This document shows, one piece after another, positions 28,054 to 37,131 of a stretch of 64,000 nt of DNA. The stretch is from Planctomycetota bacterium (GTDB lineage Bacteria; Planctomycetota; JAJSAM01; JAJVHW01): the NCBI GenBank assembly GCA_965248445.1, contig CBDFJG010000002.1, positions 384,001 to 448,000 on the forward strand, written 5' to 3'. The notes beneath the pieces are model-generated. The model was not told the origin of the DNA and did not search any database. It saw only the letters and a program-made list of their open reading frames with translations. Position numbers and translations under genes: made by a program. How positions within the stretch are numbered: the first letter of the stretch is position 1; each line of letters starts with the position of its first letter.

Positions 28054-28683
28054 TCAACGCCAAGCGACAAACCGCCCGTTCAGGAACGTGAAGCGATGTT
28101 CGGCTTTCGCCCCGCTCTCGTCTTCGAGCCAGTACGACCAGATCTCTGTGCCGCCCCCGCCCGCCCGTCCCGATCGCGGGACCCCGAAGTACTCGATCAC
28201 GTCGTCCGGCGACCTGTGGAACCACTTCCTGATGTAGTTCGAGTTCGCATGGTTGCTCGTCAGTTGACGGATGCGGTCGTCCCGCTGTGCCGACCGCAAC
28301 GGCGGTCCCTCGGCCGCCCAGCGCAGGAATCCGTCCGACTTCGTCCGTCGCTCGTCCGCGGTGAGTCCGTCCACAAGGTCCGGGTCCGGTTTCGGCGGGG
28401 GACTCACCCGTCCCGGTCGGGCTGCCGCGACGCGCGCGTCGGTCGGCGACACGGGCGCATCCCCTCGCGGCAGGTCGCCCAGCCGCCGGTGGATGCGCTC
28501 CAGCAGCTTGCGCATCTCTACGGTCTCTGCGTGCAACGCAGCGAACTCCGCGGAGGACTCGGCACCTGACGGCGCGTTGCGGGGATCGCCGTCTCCGGTC
28601 CGGGACAGCACAGCGAAGAGGATGGCAGCGGACACGCCCGCTCCCACGAGGAGCGCGGTGAGGACAGTGATCGTACGGTTCAT
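28054..28683 (-). CDS. Hypothetical membrane-anchored protein
   Basis: MNRTITVLTALLVGAGVSAAILFAVL, coiled coil, C-terminal SmpA-like segment (V..YFGVP...WSY...FTFLNG). Confidence 0.7.
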   Translation of the reverse strand: MNRTITVLTALLVGAGVSAAILFAVLSRTGDGDPRNAPSGAESSAEFAALHAETVEMRKLLERIHRRLGDLPRGDAPVSPTDARVAAARPGRVSPPPKPDPDLVDGLTADERRTKSDGFLRWAAEGPPLRSAQRDDRIRQLTSNHANSNYIRKWFHRSPDDVIEYFGVPRSGRAGGGGTEIWSYWLEDESGAKAEHRFTFLNGRFVAWR

Positions 28684-28761
28684 GAGAGCCCCCGGGTGAC
28701 TGAGCGCGCATCGTCGCGCGACGTCCAGTATCCACGGAGTCGGCCGGCTCGCGGAGCCGCG

Positions 28762-28795
28762 CGAACGGTGAAGGAATCCACCGGTCTCGGTCTTC
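28762..28795 (+). repeat. 34-bp hairpin repeat family, forward copy
   Basis: CGAACGGTGAAGGAATCCACCGGTCTCGGTCTTC. Confidence 0.88.
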
Positions 28796-28894
28796 ACTGC
28801 TCGCACCATCGAGGCCAGAACATTGCAAAGGCACGGGTGTCCCGAGTTCACGACGACTCCAGCTGCGGACGGTTCTCCGAGGTACGGTAGTGCC

Positions 28895-29617
28895 GTGGTG
28901 GTTCACACCTTCCATCTGGCGAAACCCGGGTTCGTTCCGGCGATGACGGCGCTGCTGCGACCGCCCGCGCCAGCCAAGGTTGCCGGCTTGCACCACGCCG
29001 AGTGCATGCTGCCGATGCAGCTCGGCACTGCCGTCATCTCGCCCGGGCGGTGGCAGGTCCGAGGCCTTGCGATGTTCGCGGCGTGGGAGGACGAGGCCGC
29101 GGTCGACGACTTCCTCGCGGGCACCCCTCTCGGCCGAACGCTGGCGAGAGGTTGGCACGTGCGCCTGCAGTTCCTCCGCCGCTGGGGCCATGTCTCCGAG
29201 TTCGATGGCCTGCCCCCGACCGCGGGCGAGACCGATCCCGGCGCGCCGGTGGTCGCGGTGACCCTCGCCCGCCTCGCGCTGCTGCAGGTCCCACGCTTCA
29301 TCCGGTGGGGGAAACCGGTCGAGCGCCTCGTCCGCGATCACCCCTCCACCACGTTCGCGCTGGCCGCCGCCCGGCCGTGGCGGACGATCTCGACGTTCAC
29401 GGTGTGGGAATCGGCCCGCGCAATGACCGACATGGTCCACGGCCGCAGCGCCGTCCCGACCCCCGACCGCCACGCCACGGCCATGGTCGAGCGGCGACGC
29501 AAGGACTTCCACGTCGAGTTCACCACGCTGCGCTTCACCTGCATCGCCGAGTACGGCGCGTGGGCGGGTCGGACTGCGATCGTGCCGCGTGGTCGTGACG
29601 CGGGGCCGGAGGTGTAG
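28895..29617 (+). CDS. CrtA (spheroidene monooxygenase)-like dimeric alpha/beta-barrel protein
   Basis: Duplicated domain with AMFAAWEDEAAVDDF and ISTFTVWESARAM...H..AM; start uncertain. Confidence 0.55.
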   Translation: MVVHTFHLAKPGFVPAMTALLRPPAPAKVAGLHHAECMLPMQLGTAVISPGRWQVRGLAMFAAWEDEAAVDDFLAGTPLGRTLARGWHVRLQFLRRWGHVSEFDGLPPTAGETDPGAPVVAVTLARLALLQVPRFIRWGKPVERLVRDHPSTTFALAAARPWRTISTFTVWESARAMTDMVHGRSAVPTPDRHATAMVERRRKDFHVEFTTLRFTCIAEYGAWAGRTAIVPRGRDAGPEV

Positions 29618-29699
29618 CGCGCCCGCTTGGAAGGCTCGGGGCGGTCGCAACCAAGCCAACCTAGAGGGTCTCGATCTCGCTCCGGCGATCTGGCCATCC

Positions 29700-29825
29700 C
29701 ACCGTTCTCGCTATTCGAGGTCGACCCGGACGCCGGCACCGCGTGTGGTTCGGACGACTCTGGATAGCCGCCCGGTGTGGGGCGAACACCACCCACGGTG
29801 ATGGAATTCACCGCTCTCCGTATTC
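29700..29825 (+). repeat. 34-bp hairpin repeat family, half copy plus full forward copy
   Basis: CACCGTTCTCGCTATTC 29700-29716; CCCACGGTGATGGAATTCACCGCTCTCCGTATTC 29792-29825. Confidence 0.82.
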
Positions 29826-29869
29826 GAGACGGCTCCCGTAGGGTAGCGGGCGAGGGAGGTCGGCGCCGG

Positions 29870-32302
29870 GTGCGACTGCATGGGGCCGTGGTGACGGGTC
29901 TGTTGGCGATCGCGCTCGCCGTATGCCCGAGCGTCGAGCCCGCCGTGGCGCGCGGGCCGGCGGACGCCGCGAAGAAGCTCCTGGCCGAGGGCAAGCACGG
30001 CGAGGCACTGCAGACGGCGCTCACTGCGCTGCGTACGCAGCCCGACGACCTCGACCTGCTGGAGATCGCGGCGCGCGGAGCGGCGGGCGCCGACCGCAAG
30101 GACGATGCGCTGTGGCTAGTGCTCGAAGCCACGCGGATCGCGACCGGTCGCCGCCGCGACCACCCGAAGCTCGCCGCGCTCGGGACGTTGCGTGAGGAGC
30201 TGGATCCCCTTCCGGCCGAACAACGACCCGACATCGCGCGCCATGCGGAGCAGATCCTGGCACTTGGGCGGCGGTCGCTCGAGAAGCGCTACTTCGTCAA
30301 CGCGGTGGAGTTGCTTGCGCGCCTCGAGTACTCCCACGTCGCCGTGCACGCGGAGTCGCTGCTCGAGCGGATCTACGCGGACGAGAATGCCGTCGCGGCG
30401 CTGCTGGACTCCTCCGTGCCGCTGCCGGTCACCACGACGTTCGAGAAGCGCCGCCGCAAGAGTGCGCGGGAGGAGGCGAAGCACACCGATTGGAAGAAGG
30501 CCTGGAAGCTCAAGTCGCGCAACTACACCGTCCTGTGCAACGCGGGGTACGAGCTGACCGAGCGTGCCTCGCTCGCCATGGAGCGCATCAACGGCTTCTA
30601 CCGCGGGGTCTTCGACTACAAGGCGAAGAAGCGCCGGAGCAAGACCAAGCACTGCCAGGTGCGGATCATGAAGTCACGGGCGGAGTACCTCGCGAACGGG
30701 GGCCTGGAACGCGCACTCGCGCACTACTCCCCGAGCGAGGTCGCGGTCGTCGGCTACGACCCACGCTCGCAAGGACGGCCTCTCTCGTCATTGTGGCCCA
30801 TGCTCTTCCACGAGGCCTCGCACCAGTTCACGGACTTGATCGCGAAGGCGCCCGTACCCAGCTGGCTCAACGAGGGCACGGCGTCGTACTTCGAAGGCAC
30901 GCAGCTGCGGGTGGACGGGGGGATCGACACGAACCTCGTGCCGATGGGCCGTCTGGACGATCTCGTGACCGCGCTGCAGACGGGGGAGCCGTCCGTCAAG
31001 GCGGTTGTCTCCCACGACCTGCCTGGCTCCTATCCGACCGAGTACTACTCCGTCGGCTGGGGACTCGTGTACTTCGCGCTCAACTACGAGGACGAGAAGG
31101 GCGAGCGCGTCTACGAGATGCCCTACCGGGAGTTCATGGACACGTACCGGCAGGGCAAGACCAAGCCGAAGGCGTACGAGCGCTTCGTCGAGCACTTCGT
31201 CGAGGGACCCGCGCAGGAGGGAGTCACCACGTTCGACGAGTTTGCGGAGCGCTTCACCGACTGGATCTACGCGCTGAACGACCTGCACCGCGGTCCGCCC
31301 GATCGGTCGCACGACCTACTTCTCCAGGCACGCGTCCGGCGGGAGCGCGGCCATCTGGAGCGGGCCGACGCGAGTCTGCGCCATGCCATCCGCAAGGACC
31401 CGGGCAACGTTGCGGCGCTGCTCGAGCTGGCGGAGCTCTGCACGGCCCGCGGACAGAAGGACGAGGCGCTCGCCCGGTTGCGCATGGTGGTCGAGCAGGC
31501 GGCAAGGGTCGGCGAAGTCGCCCTCCGCAACGAGGGGCTCGACTACGAGACGGTCGAGGCGCTGCTCGCGGACGCTTCCGCGCGCATCGTGGCACTCGAC
31601 GCGGACTTTGGCGCGACGCTGTCCGAGGTGGATGCCGGGTTCGCAGTGAGAATCGAGGCGTCGGCGGACGCCTACCGGGACGCGGGCTACTCACGTACCG
31701 CGACGCGGGTCATCGACGACGCGATCTCGATCCTCGACGGGCACGACGATCTCGAGATGGAACGACAGATCATCTGGGATCAGGACGGCCTCGCCGTCCT
31801 GCTCTGGCGGGAGGTCACGGTCGGTGACGACCTTGTCGGTTGGTGGAGCACGCCGGAGTTCAAGGCCGAGGGAGGCGCGCTGATCGGGAGCGTGCCCGAA
31901 GACGAGCTGCGCGCAGCGCTCCGGCAGGGCAACCTCCCGCCGCGCTACCACTTCGAGGCCCTGCTCACCGCGACGCGTCGCGGGGAGTACGGGATGTTCG
32001 GACTGGTGGTCGGCGTCGACCCCGACGGTGCGTGGGAACTCGTCGGCCCCGGAGGGGAGTGGGTCGAGGTCTCGCAGGTGTTCCAGTCGCTCGACGTACT
32101 GGGCTCCCCCCGCGGCCTCAGCCCCGAGGAGCAGAAGCACCTGCGGCTGGGCGTCGAGGTGATCCCCGGCCGGGCGCGCATCTACGTCAACGGGATGTTC
32201 TGCGGCGAGCAGGACTTCGAGCGCGGCGCGCTACGCGGCGGCATTGGAGTGTTCGCCAGCGACGCCGACGTGCGGGTGAGCGAGCTGCGCCTGGCTTACT
32301 GA
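29870..32302 (+). CDS. Secreted gluzincin-like (DUF1570/peptidase MA-like) protein with TPRs and C-terminal beta-sandwich
   Basis: LFHEASHQF plus WLNEGTASYFE; TPR segments; signal peptide; start uncertain. Confidence 0.78.
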   Translation: MRLHGAVVTGLLAIALAVCPSVEPAVARGPADAAKKLLAEGKHGEALQTALTALRTQPDDLDLLEIAARGAAGADRKDDALWLVLEATRIATGRRRDHPKLAALGTLREELDPLPAEQRPDIARHAEQILALGRRSLEKRYFVNAVELLARLEYSHVAVHAESLLERIYADENAVAALLDSSVPLPVTTTFEKRRRKSAREEAKHTDWKKAWKLKSRNYTVLCNAGYELTERASLAMERINGFYRGVFDYKAKKRRSKTKHCQVRIMKSRAEYLANGGLERALAHYSPSEVAVVGYDPRSQGRPLSSLWPMLFHEASHQFTDLIAKAPVPSWLNEGTASYFEGTQLRVDGGIDTNLVPMGRLDDLVTALQTGEPSVKAVVSHDLPGSYPTEYYSVGWGLVYFALNYEDEKGERVYEMPYREFMDTYRQGKTKPKAYERFVEHFVEGPAQEGVTTFDEFAERFTDWIYALNDLHRGPPDRSHDLLLQARVRRERGHLERADASLRHAIRKDPGNVAALLELAELCTARGQKDEALARLRMVVEQAARVGEVALRNEGLDYETVEALLADASARIVALDADFGATLSEVDAGFAVRIEASADAYRDAGYSRTATRVIDDAISILDGHDDLEMERQIIWDQDGLAVLLWREVTVGDDLVGWWSTPEFKAEGGALIGSVPEDELRAALRQGNLPPRYHFEALLTATRRGEYGMFGLVVGVDPDGAWELVGPGGEWVEVSQVFQSLDVLGSPRGLSPEEQKHLRLGVEVIPGRARIYVNGMFCGEQDFERGALRGGIGVFASDADVRVSELRLAY

Positions 32303-32338
32303 TAACGCGCGAAGAGGTAGAAGGCGGGACACCCGGAA

Positions 32339-32731
32339 CTAGTCCGAGTCACCGGCGCGGAACTCCGCGACGAGGTCGCTCTCGAGCGTCTCGAAGCGGC
32401 CCTCGAAGATCGCCCCGGTCTCGGGCATGCACTCGACCGGGCACTTCTCCTCGTCCAGGTCGCGCACCTCGGTGATCCGCTTGCCGCGCAGGAACACGCC
32501 GACCTGGCGGCTGCTGCCGGACATCGTGACGATTTCGATGTGATCGTTGGGCCACTTCCCGTCGTCCGGCTCCGGGTACACGTCGACGAGACCGAGCGCG
32601 TAGAAGCGACCGTCCTCGAGATCGAAGAACGTCGTGTCGACGTGGACGCCGTGTTCCTCTTCTCCGTGGACGGCCCGCCGCGACACGATGCGTTCGACCG
32701 TGACGGAGCCGTCCTCGAGGTCGGCCTTCAC
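32339..32731 (-). CDS. Acidic hypothetical protein
   Basis: 130-aa ORF with protein-like composition and GC-ending codons; no family recognised. Confidence 0.6.
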   Translation of the reverse strand: MKADLEDGSVTVERIVSRRAVHGEEEHGVHVDTTFFDLEDGRFYALGLVDVYPEPDDGKWPNDHIEIVTMSGSSRQVGVFLRGKRITEVRDLDEEKCPVECMPETGAIFEGRFETLESDLVAEFRAGDSD

Positions 32732-32915
32732 TCGCGCTGCGCGCTTGCGGTAGTCCGCGACGAAATCGGCCCAACGACGACAGCGCGAGCCTGCGCTGGG
32801 TCAGTGCGGGATAGACTGCACCCAACGCGACCACCGCTCGGACATCAACCAGTCTGAGTCGAATTGGCTCCGTAGACCGGCGATAACCCGCGATGCGACT
32901 GGCAAGGAGGAAGCG

Positions 32916-33854
32916 ATGGCGAGAGCTGCCACGGACTCGCGACGATTGGTTCGGCTAACCCGCGTGGGAGCGGCTATCGGAGCGTGTCTCATCGCCTACG
33001 TCCAACCGTTCGCGCATGCGGCCGACCCGGTGTTCGATCCCGGGTTCTCGTACGTCGACGTGAACCACGACCAGATGTTCGACGAGGACGACGGCGACGT
33101 CGCGCTCGTCGCCGGTGAGGTCGCCGACGGCCGCTTCGACACTCGGCGGACGGAGGGCGGCTACAAGAAGGTCGTGCGGGATGCGAGCCTCGTCATCCTC
33201 ACCACACCGGCAGCGAGGCCGAGGAGGATCAGCTATCGGACCGACGCAACACTGGTGATCGCCGCCGACCTCTCAGCGAAGCACGGCATGCTGCTCCGGG
33301 CACGCGACGCAGTGTTCATCGGTACTTACCTCGACGGCAGCACAACGACGTTGCGGGCGCGACGGATTGCCATCAGGACCAGAGGCTCAATCTTCAGCGA
33401 CATGGATGTGTTCGAGGGCGTCGGTCGAGGGTCACGCGTGTCGATACAGTCGCAGCAGAACTTCGTGCTGAGCAACGGCGTTTTCGTGGCGGACCGCTCC
33501 GTAAAGGTGAATTCGAAGAGGGGCCGCGCAGGGATCGTAGGGTGTCGACTGGCCGCCTGCGCACCACGAGGGAGGGTCCGCGTCCTCGCGTTCGGCATCG
33601 CGGACGCCAGGGCGGCGACGCTTCGTGCGCACAAGACAATCCAGATCCGAGGCAGCACTTTCGTCGATCTGAGCGACGCAAGCGCGGCCATTGTGGATGG
33701 CAGCGAAAACGGAACGATCCAGATCAACGGAGAACGCGTAGTCGTCGACGGCGCGACCATACTGGCTCCGAACGGCCCGCGAATTCAGGGCGAGCAGTCT
33801 CTGACACCGACGCTGATCGGTGAGGGGACTCTCCCGTGCGCAGCCGACGGCTAA
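32916..33854 (+). CDS. Secreted hypothetical protein (beta-helix-like, possible Ca-binding loop)
   Basis: AGGAGG RBS; signal peptide; YVDVNHDQMFDEDDGD. Confidence 0.7.
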   Translation: MARAATDSRRLVRLTRVGAAIGACLIAYVQPFAHAADPVFDPGFSYVDVNHDQMFDEDDGDVALVAGEVADGRFDTRRTEGGYKKVVRDASLVILTTPAARPRRISYRTDATLVIAADLSAKHGMLLRARDAVFIGTYLDGSTTTLRARRIAIRTRGSIFSDMDVFEGVGRGSRVSIQSQQNFVLSNGVFVADRSVKVNSKRGRAGIVGCRLAACAPRGRVRVLAFGIADARAATLRAHKTIQIRGSTFVDLSDASAAIVDGSENGTIQINGERVVVDGATILAPNGPRIQGEQSLTPTLIGEGTLPCAADG

Positions 33855-33895
33855 CCGGGCACGACGCAGTAGAAACTAAGCACACTTCTGGTCGG

Positions 33896-34135
33896 TCAGG
33901 CCGCGCCACAGGCCAACATGTGTACTTCGTTGCCAGTGTCCCGCTTCGTAACGGCGCTGAGTAAGGACCGCCGCCCGACGGATCCGGCTGCCGTCGGCCC
34001 AGCGATCACTTCATCTTGCGCATCTGGGAGCGGTGCCGCATCGGGCTCCGCGACACCGGCGAGGTGGAGCCCCGCCCCGACGCCCATCGCGAAGCCGACG
34101 ATCAGCATTCCGGCGGCGATGGCCAAACGGCTCAT
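33896..34135 (-). CDS. Short ORF with signal/TM segment, possibly a gene remnant
   Basis: MSRLAIAAGMLIVGFAMGVGAGLHL then degenerate-looking tail. Confidence 0.3.
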   Translation of the reverse strand: MSRLAIAAGMLIVGFAMGVGAGLHLAGVAEPDAAPLPDAQDEVIAGPTAAGSVGRRSLLSAVTKRDTGNEVHMLACGAA

Positions 34136-34165
34136 GTCACCCACGCTAGCACGACTGCGCCGCAC

Positions 34166-34295
34166 GTACTGAGACCGGCGAACGTCTTCGACCTGTGTAC
34201 CCGCGCGCGCCCCAGTCGGCTCTGAGCACTCGCGCGAGGCATCGACTCGCCACCGCCGAGTTACACGGGGCGAAAACGTCCACCGGTCTCGGTAC
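34166..34295. repeat. 34-bp hairpin repeat family, inverted doublet 3 (divergent)
   Basis: 34166-34200 reverse complement GTACACAGGTCGAAGACGTTCGCCGGTCTCAGTAC vs 34260-34295 GTTACACGGGGCGAAAACGTCCACCGGTCTCGGTAC. Confidence 0.8.
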
Positions 34296-34362
34296 GACCA
34301 CGGCGACGGAGCCGCGTGTTGGGGGGCGCGCGGGGAGATCTCGAGTGATGGTGGGGGAGGGT

Positions 34363-37131
34363 TCAGGGCGATGCGAGCGTGTCACGGCGGCGACGGCGGC
34401 CGGCGCGTGTGAACGGCAAGCCCATGAACAGGTGGCCGATGAGCGCGCCGACGAACGCGTACGGGATCGCGGCCATCACAAGGAACGGCTGCAGGTAGCT
34501 GCGGAAGACCGTCGCGAGGATGCCGTAGATCACGAGCAGCGCGAGCGGGAACAGGAACTTGAGAGAGCCGACCGACTCGGCTGTGCGCTTCTGCTGGCCC
34601 TCGAAGGAGACGGAGACGCCCGGGTAGCGGGCGCCGATGTCGGTGAGGTCCTCTGCGATGCCCGCGGTGACACCGCGGACGTTCGCGACGGCCTCGTCGA
34701 CCGACGCCTTGACCGTGATCGCGCGCTGGCCGTCCACGCGGGCGAGCGAGGCGTAGCCGCGGCCGGTCTCGACGTGCGCGACCTCCTCGAGCGGCACGCG
34801 CTTACCGGCGGGGGTGGCGACGCGCAGGCGGCCGAGGTCGGCCAGTGACGTGCGCGCGGACTCGGGCAGGACGACGCGCACCGTGACCTCGCCGTCTGAC
34901 TCCTGCAGGTCCTGCGCCTCGTTGCCGAAGAACGCGTTCCGCATCTGCACGGCCAGGTCGTCCTCGAGTTCGTAGACGCCCTGGTAGCTCGAAACGACGT
35001 CGCGCACGTGCGCGACGGCCCGCTCGAGCGTCTCGATGTCGCTGCCGCGCACGCGGATCTCGAGGTCAACACCCTGCGGGCCGCCGCCGCGCTCGATGAA
35101 CGACATCTTGGCGACGCCGGGGATCTCCGCGGTCAGGTCGCGGAGCTCTGCGACGACGTCCTTCGAGGTGCGCAGGCCCTGCGCCTCGCGGTCGTCGGCG
35201 GCGAGCATCTCGATGTTGACCTGGGCGACCGTGGCGGGGTCGGCGGCGGACTCGCGGCCGCGCTCGCTGAACGAGCTGCCGACGACGGAGAACGCGGAGT
35301 CGACCTCAGCTTGCGCGAGGACGTGTCCTTCGATCTCGCTGAGGACGGCTTCGGTCACTTCGACGGGTGTGCCCGCGGCCATCTCGATGTCGATCGACAC
35401 GTTCTCCGCGTCCATCGACTGGATCAGCACGAAGGGGACGATGCCGCCCGCGAGCGTGCCCACGAGCGCGAGGCTGAACGAGAAGAGCGCCGTCATCGAC
35501 ACGTAGCGCCAGCGCAGCACGAAGCGGAGCAGGCGCTCGAGGAGGTCGGGCAGCGTCTCTTCGAGCAGCCACGCGCGCATGCGCTGGACGCGGCCGCCGA
35601 ACGAGAAGAAGCGCGTGATCCAGCCGACAGCCTTGGACACCGCGCCCTCGTGGCCGAGGTGCGCGGGCAGGATGATGAACGCCTCGACCAGCGACACCGC
35701 CAGCGCGGCGATGACCACGAGCGGGAGCTGCTTCAAGAACGTCCCGAGTGTGCCCGACAGGAACGCCAGCGGGCCGAACGCGGCCACCGACGTCATGACC
35801 GCGGCGAGCACCGGGAGTCCGACCTCTCTCGTGCCCTCGATCGCGGCCCTGGCGAGCGGCACTCCCTGCCGCGTGCGCGTAAACACATTTTCGGCGATGA
35901 CAATCGCGTCGTCGACGATCAGGCCGAGCACCACGATCAACCCGAAGAGGCTGATCAGGTTGACCGTCATGCCGGTGACGTACATGAGCACGAACGTGCC
36001 AAGGAACGCCACCGGCAGGCCGAGCGCGACCCAGAACGCGATGCGCGCGTCAAGGAACAGCGCCAGCGCGATGCAGACGAGAATGAGCCCCATGCGCGCG
36101 TTGCGGAACATGAGGTCGAGCCGCTGCACGACGAAGCGGGAGAGGTCGGACGCGGCCTCGACACGGATTGCACCGCCGACCATGGTGGGGTTGTCCGCTA
36201 CGTACGCCTTGACGGTGTCGGCGATGTCGATCGCGTCCTGCTCGGGGGTCTTGAAGACCGTGATGGCCGCTGCGGGCAGGCCGTTGAAGCGGCCCTTCTC
36301 GATCTTGTCCTCGAACGTCTCGCGCAGCGTGGCGATGTCGGACAGGCGGATCAGCGAACCGTCCGGGCGGGCGCGCACGACCAGCTTCTCGAGGTCGAGT
36401 GCGCGGTCCTCCTCGCCCATGGTGCGCACGCGCACGTTGCCGGTCGCTGACTCGAGCTGGCCGCCGGGGAGGTCGAGGTTCCCCGCGCTGATCGCGCGGC
36501 CGACCTCGCCGAAGGTGAGCCTGTGCTCCTCGAGCTTCTCGGGGAGGATCTCGATCCAGATCTCCTTCTCCCGCGTGCCGGCGACGGTGACCTCGGAGAT
36601 GTCGGGCAGATCCACCAGGTCGTCGCGCACGTTCTGCGCCGCTTCGCGCAGGCGCTCCTCGGCGACGTCGCCGTAGACGTACACCGAGATGACCGGGAAG
36701 AACGGCCGCAGTGCGGTGATCTCCGGTTCCTTCGAGCCCTCGGGGAGGTCCGGCTTGACGCGGTCGATCTCGTTGCGGAGCTCGTTGAGCAAGCGGTCCT
36801 GGTCGACGCCCGCGTCGAGCGAGACGCGCACGGCGCAGACGCCCTCGAGGATCTCCGATGCGATCTCGTCGATGCCGGACACACCGCGGATCTCGCGCTC
36901 GATGCGGAGCGCGATGGACTTCTCGACCTCGTCGGGGGTGGCGCCGGGGTAGGCGACGGTGATGACGATCTGCTCGGGGTCGCTGTTGGGCAGCACCTCG
37001 CGCACGAGCGAGAACCACGACGCGAAGCCCGCCACGATGATCGCGACCATCAGCAGGTTGACGGCGACGGGGTTTCTGACCGCCCAGCCGACCGTGCCGC
37101 CCGTGCGTTGGTCGGAACGGCGGCCGGTCAT
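34363..37131 (-). pseudogene. RND efflux permease (AcrB/AcrD/AcrF family) with apparent in-frame deletions
   Basis: YPGATPDEVE, GLIVDDAIVIAEN, AVMTSVAAFGPL; only 922 aa; last TM helices missing after GLPFT; short junction ELEDDL|AVQMR. Confidence 0.75.

Noticed and set aside
17798..34295. CRISPR array interpretation of the 34-bp repeats
   Set aside because: Copies are kilobases apart, in both orientations and degenerate; no regular spacers and no cas genes.
17798..34295. Classical integron attC sites
   Set aside because: No RYYYAAC/GTTRRRY boxes, genes are not co-oriented, and no intI is present.
8816..34300. Prophage or conjugative element
   Set aside because: No phage structural, integrase, relaxase or type IV secretion genes recognised.
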